Source: Zootoca vivipara (taxonomy: Eukaryota). From it: DNA of 64,000 nt. The position numbers and the translations under genes were made by a program. The stretch is taken from positions 24,800,001 through 24,864,000 of the forward strand of contig NC_083281.1 in the NCBI RefSeq assembly GCF_963506605.1, written 5' to 3'. The notes under the pieces are model-generated. The model worked only from the letters and a program-made list of their open reading frames with translations, ran no database searches and had not been told where the DNA came from. Positions within the stretch are counted from its first letter, which is position 1. Every line of letters starts with the position of its first letter. Of this stretch, positions 1 to 12,317 are shown piece after piece.

Positions 1-91
1 CTTCAAGACCAGCTGTTTGCTTTACCTCTGTGCAATTCTGCTGAGGGGAGAAGAAGACAAAAAGCAGAGGACGCCTGGAAGTGTACTGGAC

Positions 92-221
92 CAGGCCCAG
101 CTCCAGGTGTAGTCCTGGTGGCGCGGGGCGCCGGGCCGGTGGGGGGGCACTGCACGGCAAAGCCGCATGGAAGCCGTGCTAAACACTGCGAGGGCGGGGG
201 CACCGGAGCGATCTTGCCCTG
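92..221. mobile_element. hAT-type MITE
   Basis: CAGG...CCTG termini, 8-bp TSD TACTGGAC (84-91, 222-229). Confidence 0.65.
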
Positions 222-387
222 TACTGGACTGCCATTGCTTAACTTATCTCCCGGTCTCGTTATAGAGGTTTCACCACCTCATAACTCTTCCAAAACACTA
301 TAAATTATTGAACAGCTACCAAACTCTGCCGTTTTGTCCTCACCCAGAACCACTTCAAACATGAAAGCTTATACACAGAACAAACTT

Positions 388-782
388 TGTTGTTTAGTCG
401 TTTAGTGGTGCCTGACTGTTTGTGACCCCATGGACCATAGCACGCCAGGCACTCCTGTCTTCCACTGCCTCCCGCAGTTGGTCAGACTCATGTTGGCAGC
501 TTCAAGAACACTGTCCAACCATCTCGTCCTCTGTCGTCCCCTTCTCCTTGTGCCCTCAATCTTTCCCAACATCAGGGTCTTTTCCAGGGAGTCTTTTCTT
601 CTCATGAGGTGGCCAAAGTATTGGAGCCTCAGCTTCAGGATCTGTCCTTCTAGTGAGCACTCAGGATAGTGGATAGGTTTGATCTTCTTGCAGTCCATGG
701 GACTCTCAAGAGTCTTCTCCAGCACCATAATTCAAAAGCATCAATTATTCGGCGATCAGCCTTCTTTATGGTCCAGCTCTCA
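388..782 (-). mobile_element. RTE Bov-B LINE 3' fragment
   Basis: Encodes WTIKKADRR.IDAFELWCWRRLLRVPWTARRSN and LRLQYFGHLMRR..SLEKTLMLGKIEG. Confidence 0.9.
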
Positions 783-1449
783 CTGGAGGAACCGGAAAGC
801 CACTCCAGTATCCCTGCCAAGAAAACTCCATGGACAAACACGACAGAACAAACTTAGTTGGTCTCTAAGGTGCTACTGGACAATTTTTTATTCATTTAGT
901 GAGCAGCACTGCAGGTGAACCAATAACATCCCTTATGATGCTTTGGCATTCTTAGAATTTTCTGCAATGCAAAAGGGTCACATGACCAATGTTGTACAGG
1001 AGTTCCTCAGCAGACAAGTTAGTGTTGAAAGGGCTCCCTTTAAGTAGAACAAAGTATCTCTGCACATGCTAATGCAATCCTTTCACTGTCCCCGCCTCCC
1101 ACACATCTATTTTGATGCAAATAACAGGAGAGGTCTATGCAGAGCGAGGGTTGAAAGAAAGAACTTGACATACTTCAGATATGAGGCAGAACCTTGTTGT
1201 CCTTGCATTCTTAGATTAATAAGTCTGTGCTCAGTGCGCATCTGGTGTACTGCAGATGCAGATCTGGTTGTGCAACCATCATCATGGGCATCTCATGCCC
1301 TGATCAGCCGAATTATCCTCATAGCACTCCTCTGCTCTCCCAGCCTGCCATTTACACCCCAGCCTATGGATTTTATCCAACATTGCTCATGCTCAGCTGA
1401 AATGAATGCACCTGATTAACTAGAATGTTTTTTTTAAAAAAAAATCTAG

Positions 1450-1680
1450 GAAATTTCTATGGTCCTTTGCAAATATTCTATTCTACACTGCAGTACCGAT
1501 AGTAGGAAGGCCGGGCTCCGGGTAGGCCTCTTTCATCAATGCCACACTACTTAAGTGCAGACAACTCCGGTCCTGTAAGACTGGCAAAGAGGCAACAACA
1601 GCAGAGGTAAAGGATTGCCCACATGGGATGCTTCCGCAGGTGATCCTTTGGGACTTTCCAGAAAAGGCAGCATCCCCGCT
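1450..1680 (+). pseudogene. Decayed IRG G-domain fragment upstream of paralog 1
   Basis: 1502 onward translates VGRPGSG*ASFINA (G1 lysine codon is TAG at 1523). After frameshifts it reads TGKEATTAEVKDCPHGMLPQVILWDFP, which aligns with paralog 2 TGIQMTTLQVKDYPHPTLPQVILWDHP. Confidence 0.85.
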
Positions 1681-1912
1681 GTCAAATCAGTTGCTTGGAG
1701 CTCCCTCTGGTCAGGAATGCGGCTTTGGCTATTTGTTGCAATCTTATCTCATGCTCGCTCGTTACCTTCGCTATCTTTTTTGCTTTTAGTAGTATGACAA
1801 TCAGGAGGGAGAGGGTATAAAAGGGAGAGAGAGGGAGAGAGCAGGACAGAGAAAAGCGTGAGAAACCTCAAAGCAAAACCTCCAAGCTACAAAAAAATCG
1901 GTCCGGCAGCAG
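1650..1912 (+). promoter_or_regulatory. Predicted promoter and non-coding exon 1 of IRG paralog 1
   Basis: kB-type GGGACTTTCC 1650-1659, degenerate IRF element ACCTTCGCTATC near 1764, TATAAAA 1816-1822, splice donor CAG/GTAAAG with intron 1913-3324. Confidence 0.65.
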
Positions 1913-2163
1913 GTAAAGAGTTGAACTTTTCTCCTGGGTCTAGAATGATTTCTGTTTCTTTTTTAGCTTGTTTGCGTTAAAGGAGACTCTGAGCTCCTTG
2001 CTTGGTGGGTGGCAGAAACTGTTGTTGTTGTTGTTGTTTATCTTTTACCTTTTTATTGTTATTTTTTACCTTTTACCTTTTAACATTTTTATTGTTATTA
2101 TATTAACCATTACATTATTGTAACACTATTTTGATATCATATACCATAGCATATTATAAACAA

Positions 2164-2197
<34 letters not shown>

Positions 2198-3352
2198 GAT
2201 GTTCTAGAAGGCTGCCCTTTTCCCCCAAGGCAAAGGAATAAATAACATGCCATCAACAGGGAGCAAGCAGAGCTCATGCTACCAGAAGAGTCCCCCCTGT
2301 TTAATAAATGGCGTTCATTGCAATGCAGTTCATGACCCCACCCCCTTTGTCAGAGGGGGGAACGGGGTGCAGAACAGAGGAATACAGCAACTTCTGTTCT
2401 CCAAACAATGCCCTGAGTGCTGAAGAGGCAGAGACCATCTGGGCTGCCTCTTCAGCCAATGGACCCTACAGGACCAGTTGTATATTCCTGCATTGCAGGG
2501 TGTTGGAGTAGATGATCCTTCGGGTCCCTTCCAACTCTACAGTTCTACGATCCTACAACTTTCTCAAGTTGCCCTCTCGGGGCTTTCTGTGTCCTTCCCT
2601 GACTGTGGTACCAAAGGTGAAACTTCCCTTCTCCAGCTGAAAAATCGCCTCCCCATATCAATTAAAACAAACAAAACTCCACTGATAACACCCCACACTT
2701 AATGAAACATGCAGTTAGGTCCTCAGAATGTCTTTAATTCTAAAAAAGGGTTTCATGCTCTTTTTTCCCTTTAGCTGTATTTCATTTAAATATTTATCTA
2801 TATATATATATAAATGAAAACTGGGCATGCGGGTTATTAGCCACTTTTCTCCGAAACAGCTTCACCAATTGCGTTCAAATTTGGCCACAATGTCCCAAGC
2901 GAATGTCCGAAGGCTCTTATAAAGTTTGCTAAGACAGATGTCACACTACCGCCAGGTTAAATCCCCAAAAAACCGTGTTTCAAAACACACCACTCAGACG
3001 AAAATGCATGCTGGGAAAAGAACCAGGTTGCAAACCAGCATATTTATTTATGAAATGTTTTATCCAAAGTTTTAGCCACATCTCACATAAACATGTTTTA
3101 AGGATTATGTGTGAATGCATGCACATATACACTTTTGAGAGATTGACAACAGGCACAATTCTTCACTTTATTGAAATCCTACCAACTGCTGCTCAAACAA
3201 CACACTGGTCTCAGAGATATGCCCTAAGTAAATTGATTTCCCCACATAAACCATGGATTGTAAAGATGTCCATAAAAGTGTGTGGAAAACTATCTAACTA
3301 TTACAGTTTTCTTCTCTTTCTCAGATAAAGTGAGCCACAAGGAATCACTGTC

Positions 3353-4585
3353 ATGGATCCTGCCATAACAATAGAAACCTTAAAAAAAGACCTTGCTGAA
3401 ATGAAGGCTGCTTTCGAGAAAAAAACATTTGAAGCTGTTTCAGCTGAAGTTCAACAGCAGTCAAATTTATTAAATAACATCACATTGGAAATTGCCATCA
3501 CAGGAAGATCAGGTGTTGGGAAGTCATCTTTCGTCAATGCCCTTCGAGGAATGGAAGATTATGCAGAGGGTGCAGCTAAAACGGGGGTGACAGAAACAAC
3601 AATGGTGCCACAAGAATATTCACACCCCACATTCCCCAAAGTCAAATTTTGGGATCTACCAGGATTTGGAAAAGATAACTTTAGTGCAGAGGAATACCTA
3701 GAGGAGGTCAATTTCAGCAAGTATGATTTTTTCATCATCATCGCCTCAGGGCGCTTCACTGAGGATGACACCAACTTGGCTCTTGAGATCCAGAAAAATA
3801 AGAAGAAATTCTACTATGTGCGCAGCAAAGTGGATGTTGATATAGATAATGACAGGAAGTCAAAAGGCATCAAGGAGGGGGACAGCGATAGGAAGATGCA
3901 GTCTGAGAAAGAGACGCTTGACACTGTACGGACAGATAGCTATGATAATTTGAAGGCGTTAGGTGTGTCTTCTCCAAGGGTCTTTCTAATATCGAGGTGG
4001 GATTTGAGCAAGTATGATTTCCCCCTGCTTCAAGAGACCATTGAAAAGGAACAGGATGAACTCAAGAGAGATGTTTTAATCATGTGTCTTCCGATTTTTA
4101 CAAAAGATAGCATTAAAAAGAAGAAGGCTGCTATGGAGAGCCTGATATGGAAAAATGCCATGGTGAGTTGTACTGTTGGGTTGATTCCTGTCCCGTTCCT
4201 ATCATTTGGTTGTGACATTGCCATTGTGGTTTCGACAATGAGGGATATCTGCAAAGTTTTTGGCTTGGATGAAAATTCCCTCAATATACTAGCAAACCGA
4301 GTGGAGAAAGATGTTGAAGAGTTGAAATCCGTTATTGAACATACCCCAAGCACCGGTAAGATCACGGCAGAATTCGTCATGGATATCTTGAAGAGGTCAG
4401 CAATGTGGGGAGCAATCACAGCGGTAGAGATGGTCCTGGGTTTCATACCTCTGTTGGGGTCTCTCTATGGTGGGGGCAGTTCTTTTGCTACCACATTCTA
4501 CTTGCTGAATAATTTCCTGGAAAAAGCTGTGAAAGATGCAGAGAAAGTTCTGGCAAAGGCTGCTGAGCCTAAGAGACACAAGTAA
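3353..4585 (+). CDS. Immunity-related GTPase (IRG, p47 family; interferon-inducible GTPase 5/IRGC-like), paralog 1, single coding exon
   Basis: 410 aa ORF with G1 GRSGVGKS, switch I GAAKTGVTETT, G3 WDLPG, YDFFIII..RF, G4 RSKVD, G5 FLISRW, YDFPLLQETI. Splice acceptor (ttttcttctctttctcag) ends at 3324, 28 nt before the ATG. Confidence 0.93.
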   Translation: MDPAITIETLKKDLAEMKAAFEKKTFEAVSAEVQQQSNLLNNITLEIAITGRSGVGKSSFVNALRGMEDYAEGAAKTGVTETTMVPQEYSHPTFPKVKFWDLPGFGKDNFSAEEYLEEVNFSKYDFFIIIASGRFTEDDTNLALEIQKNKKKFYYVRSKVDVDIDNDRKSKGIKEGDSDRKMQSEKETLDTVRTDSYDNLKALGVSSPRVFLISRWDLSKYDFPLLQETIEKEQDELKRDVLIMCLPIFTKDSIKKKKAAMESLIWKNAMVSCTVGLIPVPFLSFGCDIAIVVSTMRDICKVFGLDENSLNILANRVEKDVEELKSVIEHTPSTGKITAEFVMDILKRSAMWGAITAVEMVLGFIPLLGSLYGGGSSFATTFYLLNNFLEKAVKDAEKVLAKAAEPKRHK

Positions 4586-5887
4586 ACAGCAAATACATCT
4601 ACCTGGTGGGAAGAGATATCCAGGTGAAGCATGCATTATCTCATCTTTCTATCACATCATCAACCAATTGCTCCCTTTATTACTCTTCAGCTCAGCACTT
4701 TATTACTCTTCAGCTCAGGGTTGCCATATTTCAAATAGTGAAAATCCGGACACAAAAGTTGTTGAGCTTTTCACTTGGGGGGAGGGGCAAAGTTGTAGAG
4801 ATTTGGGGGGGGAATTGATGAGCATTTTTTTTTGCAAAATCTCTAAAAAACAAAAGAAGTTTTTGAGCTATTTTTAAGGAAATTCATCAAAAATATCAAC
4901 ACTTCTGACATGTGTTGCCATGGGTTTCCATATATTTTCACAGACATTTTTACCAATTTTCAAAATTCTGCCTGGACGCTACTTCTGACGGATGAATCCC
5001 AGACATTTGGCAGCCCTATTGTAACAACGCTTAATCAGTAGCCAGCCTGGGCAATTTTTGGCCAGTTAAGAGGTTCCTTATCTCCTACCTGTCGGTGATG
5101 GATGTCATCCAAGGCAAATAAAAACAAAGATGGCAAAGATACAGCAAATTTGTAGCAGCAAAACATAAAGGATGGAGAAAAGAAGAGAAGAGAAATGGCT
5201 TCAGAGAGTTCTATTGCTGATACGCTTAAGTAAATTGTGATGCAGAATTAATGTCTGAATGATAATTTAACAAAGGTGAATCTTAAAATTACAGCCCTGG
5301 ATCAAAAAGTTACTGATCTTAATGAGGAGATATCAAAATCTGAAACAATACGAATTGAACAAGATGTAACACAGATCTCTTCTAGGGTGGGATCCTGCAA
5401 GACATCCTTATCCATTCAAAAATATACTACAGTATATAGTTTTGTAGCCTTTAGTATATTTTATTGTTATTTAGTTATTGCTGCTTTTAAAAATGTTTTA
5501 ATGTAGCCTCTTCCTCCTTTGATTACTATTCTTTCCTTTTCCCTTATTTACTTAATCTCAATAAAATAATAAATATTGAAATTTTAAGAACTTGTTTTTT
5601 TCTGAATCCTCCCTACTGCAATTATTTCCCCAACTGTTCTAATTTTTGTTTTAACAAAATCATTTACCATGGGAAAACTATAGGCAACAGTCCAGATTGA
5701 GGTGACCTAACCTGAACCACAAGCCTGTTTTCTCTCAGCCTCCTTGTTGTAATGATTAATCTTTGCTTCACTTCACCAGCTGGGTGGGTGGGTAGGTAGG
5801 GGAAGCCTGAGCCTTTGGGGAGGGTTTTTTTCCTCTGGAAAGAAGCATACACATACCCACAAATTTCCTTGTACTTTAGGATGCTAC

Positions 5888-7005
5888 TGTTATAAAATCA
5901 TATGGGGGGGGTTTGCAGGACACCACTATTAATGAACAGAGAGGGGTGACAGAATTTGACAGCTGCAATACCCAGAATCCTGTTCAATGCCATCTTCCCT
6001 GTCTCCTCACCCCTCCCGCTAGGACGCAACCCTGCCTGAAGGAAGGCTTAAGGATCTGCATATGCACAACAGTTAGCATAAATTCACACATTTCCCCTCT
6101 CCACCTCCCCTCCGCCCAGAACAAAACAATGTTTCCAGAAGAAGGGGGGGAAACCGCCCAAATCCAAAGTGACACTTTTCTACTCAAGTTAATAATACAG
6201 CCTATTATATGTTCTCTTACCATGAAATCTCTATCCGCTGCCTCTGTATTAGAATTGCCAGTATCTCTCTGTATTAGAATTGCTGTTTTATATCTTAGAA
6301 CTGTATATGTCAGGACTGCTACCTTTTAATTAGAAATCCCTGTATTAGGTATGTTTTCCAGGTATATTTTCTGTATGAACCCTGTATGATCCCAACCCCC
6401 CCTGAACCTTGCCCTACTGCCACCCCATACCCACCCAAGAACGCACGGACAATAGAGGGATTAGCTGGCACAAAAATAAAGATGCCATCTTCAACGTAGT
6501 CCACCCTTCCATGGCCTGGAGGAAAACACCTGCCGGGCGGACTTCCACTCCACGGAAATCGCCAGGAACTGCCCCACCTCTGCACCCATCTCGACTGATT
6601 GCCCCTCCTGCCAAACAACAGGGAGCACCATCAGCGACGGGAGAAGAGCAATTGACATCTCCCCATCTGAAAGAAAAAGTCATCTCCTCACCCAGCTAAT
6701 CGATCGCCACCCATCCTCCTTGTCTTTCCCCTCCCTCCCAGTCCAGGGATTTTCATGCAGGGACAGGAGGGTATAAAAAGGGGCTTCACCATTTCCCGGG
6801 GTTCCTTCCTTCTTTCCAGAGGCAGGGACCCTACAGCTGTAGCTTTGCATTCTGCAATAAAGGGATCAGTTTGTTTTTCCTGACAGTATCGTGTGGTCTC
6901 TGTCATTTTCCCGGCGGAGCTGAACTTAGTGCAAATTTTGGAGCTTCCGACCCGCGTCTGTCCTTCTTAAAAGGCAACGCATTTTGGGGTACATTTTTCA
7001 TAACA
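5888..7005 (+). mobile_element. Solo LTR (ERV1- or gypsy-like)
   Basis: TGTTATAAA...TTCATAACA inverted termini, flanks CTAC/CTAT, internal TATAAAAA near 6772 and AATAAA near 6856. Confidence 0.65.
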
Positions 7006-8638
7006 CTATGAAACAGAGAAGGACTGCTTTGTCTTCAACATACAGTAGTTGAAGTAGAGGGAGTTTAGGGTGTCCTCCTGCCACAAACAACTCCAGCTTT
7101 TCTCTCTTGGTGCTTCTTATTCTTTCTTTGTTTTTGTTTTGTTTTTGAGGGATATGTGCTTTTCCTTTTTTCATTTCTTGGTTTTTGAGAAAACCAAGAA
7201 ACCAGAGATGACAACATCAGAACAAACGAGACTTCAAATCAGGTCTCTGTCCATATTAGAGCTTGGAACTAGTTCAACATGTGCATTAAAAAACTAATTC
7301 CCATTCATGTTCATCCCTTTATGAAACAAACTAGTTCCCTTTATGTTCAGTTCACTTCAGGTTGGCCTCTGTTATATTCTCCAACCGATGGAGAACCCAA
7401 TAAGGGAATAAGGGCAGATTTTTGCCTAGAACAATGTTCAGTTCACTTCAGGTTCATCCAAATTATCCTTGGCAATATTTTGTATAAATACTCTAAAGCA
7501 TTTAGAAAGTGACAATGAACTTAAAAATGAGCCAGAAATCATTCTTAGTTTTGCACCAACATCAACTTAATTCATGTTTAGTTTACCCAGCAATTATGGG
7601 AACTACTTTCACATGTAGTTCAGATGATTTTCAAACAAATTCAGTCCACATTGAACTTGTTCATTCCAAGCACTAGCCAATTGTTTTTGAGATTGTTATA
7701 GTCCATATATGATTTTACCGGCTGCTGAGATAAAAATCCAAGTTTTTCCAGCTGTCAGAGGTGGCTACTCTGACAACTACTCGCAGCTAAACTAAGAGAT
7801 GGCTATGCATCAAGTTGGGGCCAGCAACACCAGCTCTTATTTGTGGTATGAGTTTATTCCTCCTCAGAATGCAACTTTTCTGTAAAGTCTTACAGCAATG
7901 CCCTTGGAGGTTGAAATGTTCCCCCACTGGCTGCCAATTCACAAATAAACATACAAAGTAATATAGTTTTTATTGACAATTGGAATAAGCCTACCTAAAT
8001 CTATGGGCTCTTTGTGGAGGAAGTTAAGTGGGTTTACTTTCCTCCATACATATTTTATATTTTAACGGGTGGGAGGTTATTTCTTATATTAAAATGATTA
8101 AGAGGTGTCTGAGTTTGGTGAATTTTTGCTTATACATTTTTAAAAAGAACTTTGCAGCTTCACCCTGCCTTTCTGGTGCTAAGCCTTACAGGCCACTGAT
8201 AACCTGAAAGTGAGAGGCAGTCTAGAGCACTCCCTGCAAAGTTCTTGGTTTGGTTGTTGGTTTCTTTCCTTGTTATTTACATTTATTTAAATAACATGTT
8301 ATTTAAAGCAGAGCAACATAGGAATCTTTAAAAAGGAGGGGTACCCTATCTGAAATAAAGGCCTCTCTTAAAAATATAACCCTCCATTGACGTGTTTTAT
8401 CCAGAGTATTTAGTACTCTGTTGGCAATGTTATGAACACTTTCTTGCCAAATGCATGGTGGTTCTTTTAAACTGAGATTCAGAGGCAACACAAAACACAA
8501 GTGAGTGAGAAGATTTAAGATTTTTATTAAGGTTTTATTCTAAACAGCAAGCAATATATACATTACTAAGCAAGCACTTCAATCTGCCACTTGGAAGCTC
8601 TCAAAAAGTGGCGAAGCGTCTCCTCAGGTAGCCTTAGG

Positions 8639-8728
8639 CATAGCTGCCAAGTTTTCCCTTTTCTCGCGAGGAAGCCTATTCAGCATAAGGGAATTTCCCT
8701 TTAAAAAAGGGATAACTTGGCAGCTATG
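8639..8728. mobile_element. ~90-bp MITE with CATAGCTGCCAAG TIRs
   Basis: Perfect TIRs, flanking CCTTAGG duplication. Other copies at 52687-52776 (TSD GTTTCAAC) and about 56432-56522. Confidence 0.75.
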
Positions 8729-9164
8729 CCTTAGGTTTGCATGGCCCTGCGATTGAATCAGTCTGAGCACAAACTTCTCAGACTCTGCCCAACACCATCT
8801 GATTTACAACACTGCTTTGGCTTTCTGAACAGCTGAGAGCAAACTGCAAGGGACTTATGTTCCATGTTGAAGTTTCTGTGGCGCTGAGAATGGAATTTCA
8901 TGAGGAGAATTGCGGCAACTGAGAAAGAGACTTGGGACAATATGGCAGCAGGGGCTCTAGAGCTAAGTGTTGCTAGCCAAATTTCAGTTTATTTAAGAAC
9001 ATGTTTCACTTGGGCTGTGCATCAGATCCAGCCCAATCTAATTAATGAATTGGACTGGGCCAATTTGTATCAACATAGGATTGGGTCAGATTATGTTGAG
9101 GCAACCCATCTCACTCCCTATTCCATCTTTAATAACAATTAATATATTTGTAATCACAACAACA

Positions 9165-9290
9165 TATGAACCTACCTGGACCATGAGATCATCTTCCAAG
9201 ACCCTCCTTCATGTGCCCCCTCCTCAAGAGGTTTGGAGTGTGGCAACATGAGAACGGGCCTTCTCTGCAGTGGCTCCCCTTCTGTGGAAT

Positions 9291-9346
<56 letters not shown>

Positions 9347-9715
9347 CTTATTATTTATACCCCGCCCATCTGGCCAGGTTCCCCCAGCCACTCTGGGCGG
9401 CTTCCAACAAAATATTAAAATACAGAAATCCATCAAACAATAAAAGAATGCTCTCCCCAGGGAAGTTCTTCTGGCACCTTCATTATACACCTTTAGGCAC
9501 CAGGCAAAAACATTCCTTTTCAACCAGGCCTTTGGCTGATCTGATTTACATCCTATGTCCTTTTAAAATGTTTTTTTTGGGGGGGGGTATTGTTCTGTTG
9601 TTTTATTTTTTTTCGGTATCTTGTGGTTTCATATTGTGGTTTTATATCTTGATTTTATTCTGTGAAACGCCCTGAAAACTCCGAGTATAGGGAGGTAAAT
9701 GAATTCAATTAACAA
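9165..9715. mobile_element. L2 3' fragments, one nested in the opposite orientation
   Basis: gggccttctctgcagtggctcccc..tggaat and caggcaaaaacattccttt blocks; inner ttatttataccccgcccatctggc tail beside (AAC)n. Confidence 0.55.
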
Positions 9716-9732
9716 CAACAGCAGCAACACCA

Positions 9733-10422
9733 CAGGGGCATAGTAAGGGGGGCGATGGGGGCTCCACTCGGGGGGGACTCAATTCAGGGCGCCCCTCACC
9801 TCCACCTGCGTGCGCCATACAGACATATGCGGTCTGTGCGGGCTGCCCCACTAGTGGCAGCCCATTACAAGCCGCTGTGTGTGAGCAGCGGCCCATGAGG
9901 CCACTGTGCGCCAGCAGCAGCGTGTACGGACTGCGCATGTGCAGCATCCTGCACATGCGCACTCCATATGGGGTAGTGCACAGTGCAGGACAGTGCGCAC
10001 AGACCGCCATGCGGCAGCAGCAGCGCGTACGGATTGTGCATGTGCGCCAACCTGGATAGACTGCACATGTGTGGACATGCGTAGTCCATCCATGCTGGCA
10101 CTGCTGCTCCCACGGCAACCTTACGAGCGGCAACTTGTAAGGCTGCCATGTGAAAAGCAGCATGGACGGGGTAGCCTTACGCGCGCTGTTTGTGCGTGGC
10201 AGCGCCTTACGAATAGCCACTTGCTTGGTGGATTGTAAGGTTGCCACGGGAGCAGCAGCAGCAGCCTGGGCGGACTGCGCATCCACCGTTTGTCCTGACG
10301 TGTGCGCCGTGCTTCATGACGCATGTGTCAGGATCCATGCGCGCTACGGAGCAACACCCCGCCCCCAGGGGGTGCCTCCACATTTGCCGCCCCGGGCAGC
10401 CAAGCAGTACCGTTCGCCACTG
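9733..10422 (-). mobile_element. hAT-type MITE, same termini as 24048..24918 in reverse
   Basis: CAGGGGCATAG...GTTCGCCACTG, TSD CAACACCA/CAACAACA. Confidence 0.65.
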
Positions 10423-11426
10423 CAACAACAACAATGCCAAACACTCAGAGTAACAACAACAATTACAACAGTTTTATTATTTGTATGCTGACCATCTGAC
10501 TGGGTTGCGCCAGCCAGCCTGGGCACCTTCCAACATATATGAAACAGCCCCTAGGGACAAGAGGGAAGGAAACATGGTGTCTACCTGAGTAATGAGATCA
10601 TGGAAACAAGCTCTGGAGATTTGGGGTTGCCATGCTGAGGGCAGAGTTTGATGCTCAATTACATTCATAAAAGCAAGCAATGCAAAACACCGGGAGAGAG
10701 CTAATGTCCCTGCAGTGGCCTCTTGCTGAATAGGAGGAGCTGCTCGTATCCCCCCTCCCCTAGGGAGAAAATGCTGGGGGCACACTGGGGGGTCTCATGG
10801 GGTTTACATGTGCCCAGCATGCTTCAGAGCAGGCCCCTCCTCCTGTGACAGCCTTAACCACAGAGTTAGGAGTCTACATGTGTTTCCCCTCCAAATATCA
10901 TATTTGAGGGGCGCCCTCTCCCAAAAAAGTTGAAGGGCATTGCCATTGCCCTTGTGAGAAAGTGGCAGGAACACGGCTGCTGTGGGGTTTGGGGATGGAG
11001 AGAGAGCCAAGTAACAGAGGGAATAGGGCCGGGTGCTGGGGTGCCAAATTTAAATATGGGGGGAGGCAGGTAAGCCCTGCCTCACCTTATAGATCACAAT
11101 ATGTGGTGCGCACACCCCATTTGAATGGCAATACCCATCACCTTGTGGGGAGCAGCCCCCCTCCAATGTTTAAATATCTCGGCCCCTGGGAGCTGGCTCC
11201 TATAACTGCACAAGTCTTTCTCGTTCCCCCCAGCTCCTCTCCCTCTTTCACTCATCACAGCTCAGCTCTGCATGCAAAATGGTGCCCAGGCACTTCTGAT
11301 TAAAGAGGCTGCTAAATCACTTTTGAGAATTGTACTTCTGTGAAGGGAATAGGGGCCTCCTAAGAACTCTCAGCACCTTTAACTAACTACCATTCTTAGA
11401 ATTCTTTCGGGAAAGCCTTAACTGTG

Positions 11427-11930
11427 CTCGTTTAGTCGTGTCCGACTCTTCGTGACCCCAATGGACCATAGCACGCCAGGCACTCCTGTCTTCCACTGCC
11501 TCCGGCAGTTTGGTCAAACTCATGTTTGTAGCTTCGAGAACACTGTCCAACCATCTCGTCCTCTGTCGTCCCCTTCTCCTAGTGCCCTCCATCTTTCCCA
11601 ACATCAAGGTCTTTTCCAAGGATTCTTCTCTTCTCATGAGGTGGCCAAAGTATTGGAGCCTCAGCTTCACGATCTGTCCTTCCAGTGAGCACTCAGGGCT
11701 GATTTCCTTAAGAATGGATAGGTTTGATCTTCTTGCAGTCCATGGGACTCTCAAGAGTCTCCTCCAGCACCATAATTCAAAAGCATCAATTCTTCGGCGA
11801 TCAGCCTTCTTTATGGTCCAGCTCTCACTTCCATACATCACTATTGGGAAAACCATAGCTTTAACTATACGGACCTTTGTCGGCAAGGTGATGTCTCTGC
11901 TTTTTAAGATGCTGTCTAGGTTTGTCATTA
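11427..11930 (-). mobile_element. RTE Bov-B LINE 3' fragment
   Basis: ORF 11383..11928: MTNLDSILKSRDITLPTKVRIVKAMVFP...ESWTIKKADRRRIDAFELWCWRR. Confidence 0.92.
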
Positions 11931-11954
11931 ACTGTGGTATAATAATAATAATAA

Positions 11955-11996
<42 letters not shown>

Positions 11997-12317
11997 TTTT
12001 ATTTATACCATGGCCTTCCCAGTTTAGAAACCAGGCTCAGGGCGGCTAACAACAAATATAAAACATCAACCGAAAAACAACTTACAAACAACGTAAGATA
12101 CAGTATAGCATCACCAGGGCAACTGGCCAAGTTAGTCCTGCTAAGGACAGCAAGGAGACCAGGGAAATTTTTGATGTGGGGACCCAGAAGGGTTTCTTTA
12201 TAAAAAAAAGGAAAGGGGAAAAGAATGGCAGATCAGGCTAAATTGAAGGCCAGGAGGAATATCTTAGGCATAGGGCTCCTGCTTTTACCCCACACCACCT
12301 CATATCCCTGTGGGGTT

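Noticed and set aside
2797-3038. Possible third Helitron in the paralog 1 intron (TCTATATATA start)
   Set aside because: No CTAG terminus or convincing hairpin, and no clean empty site.
4030-4446. Antisense ORFs over the IRG coding exons
   Set aside because: Shadow frames of the real genes, repeated only because the genes are duplicated.
5276-5506. Coiled-coil-like mini ORF downstream of paralogs 1, 4 and 5
   Set aside because: Starts and frames differ between copies; most likely an old retroelement fragment carried along by the duplication.
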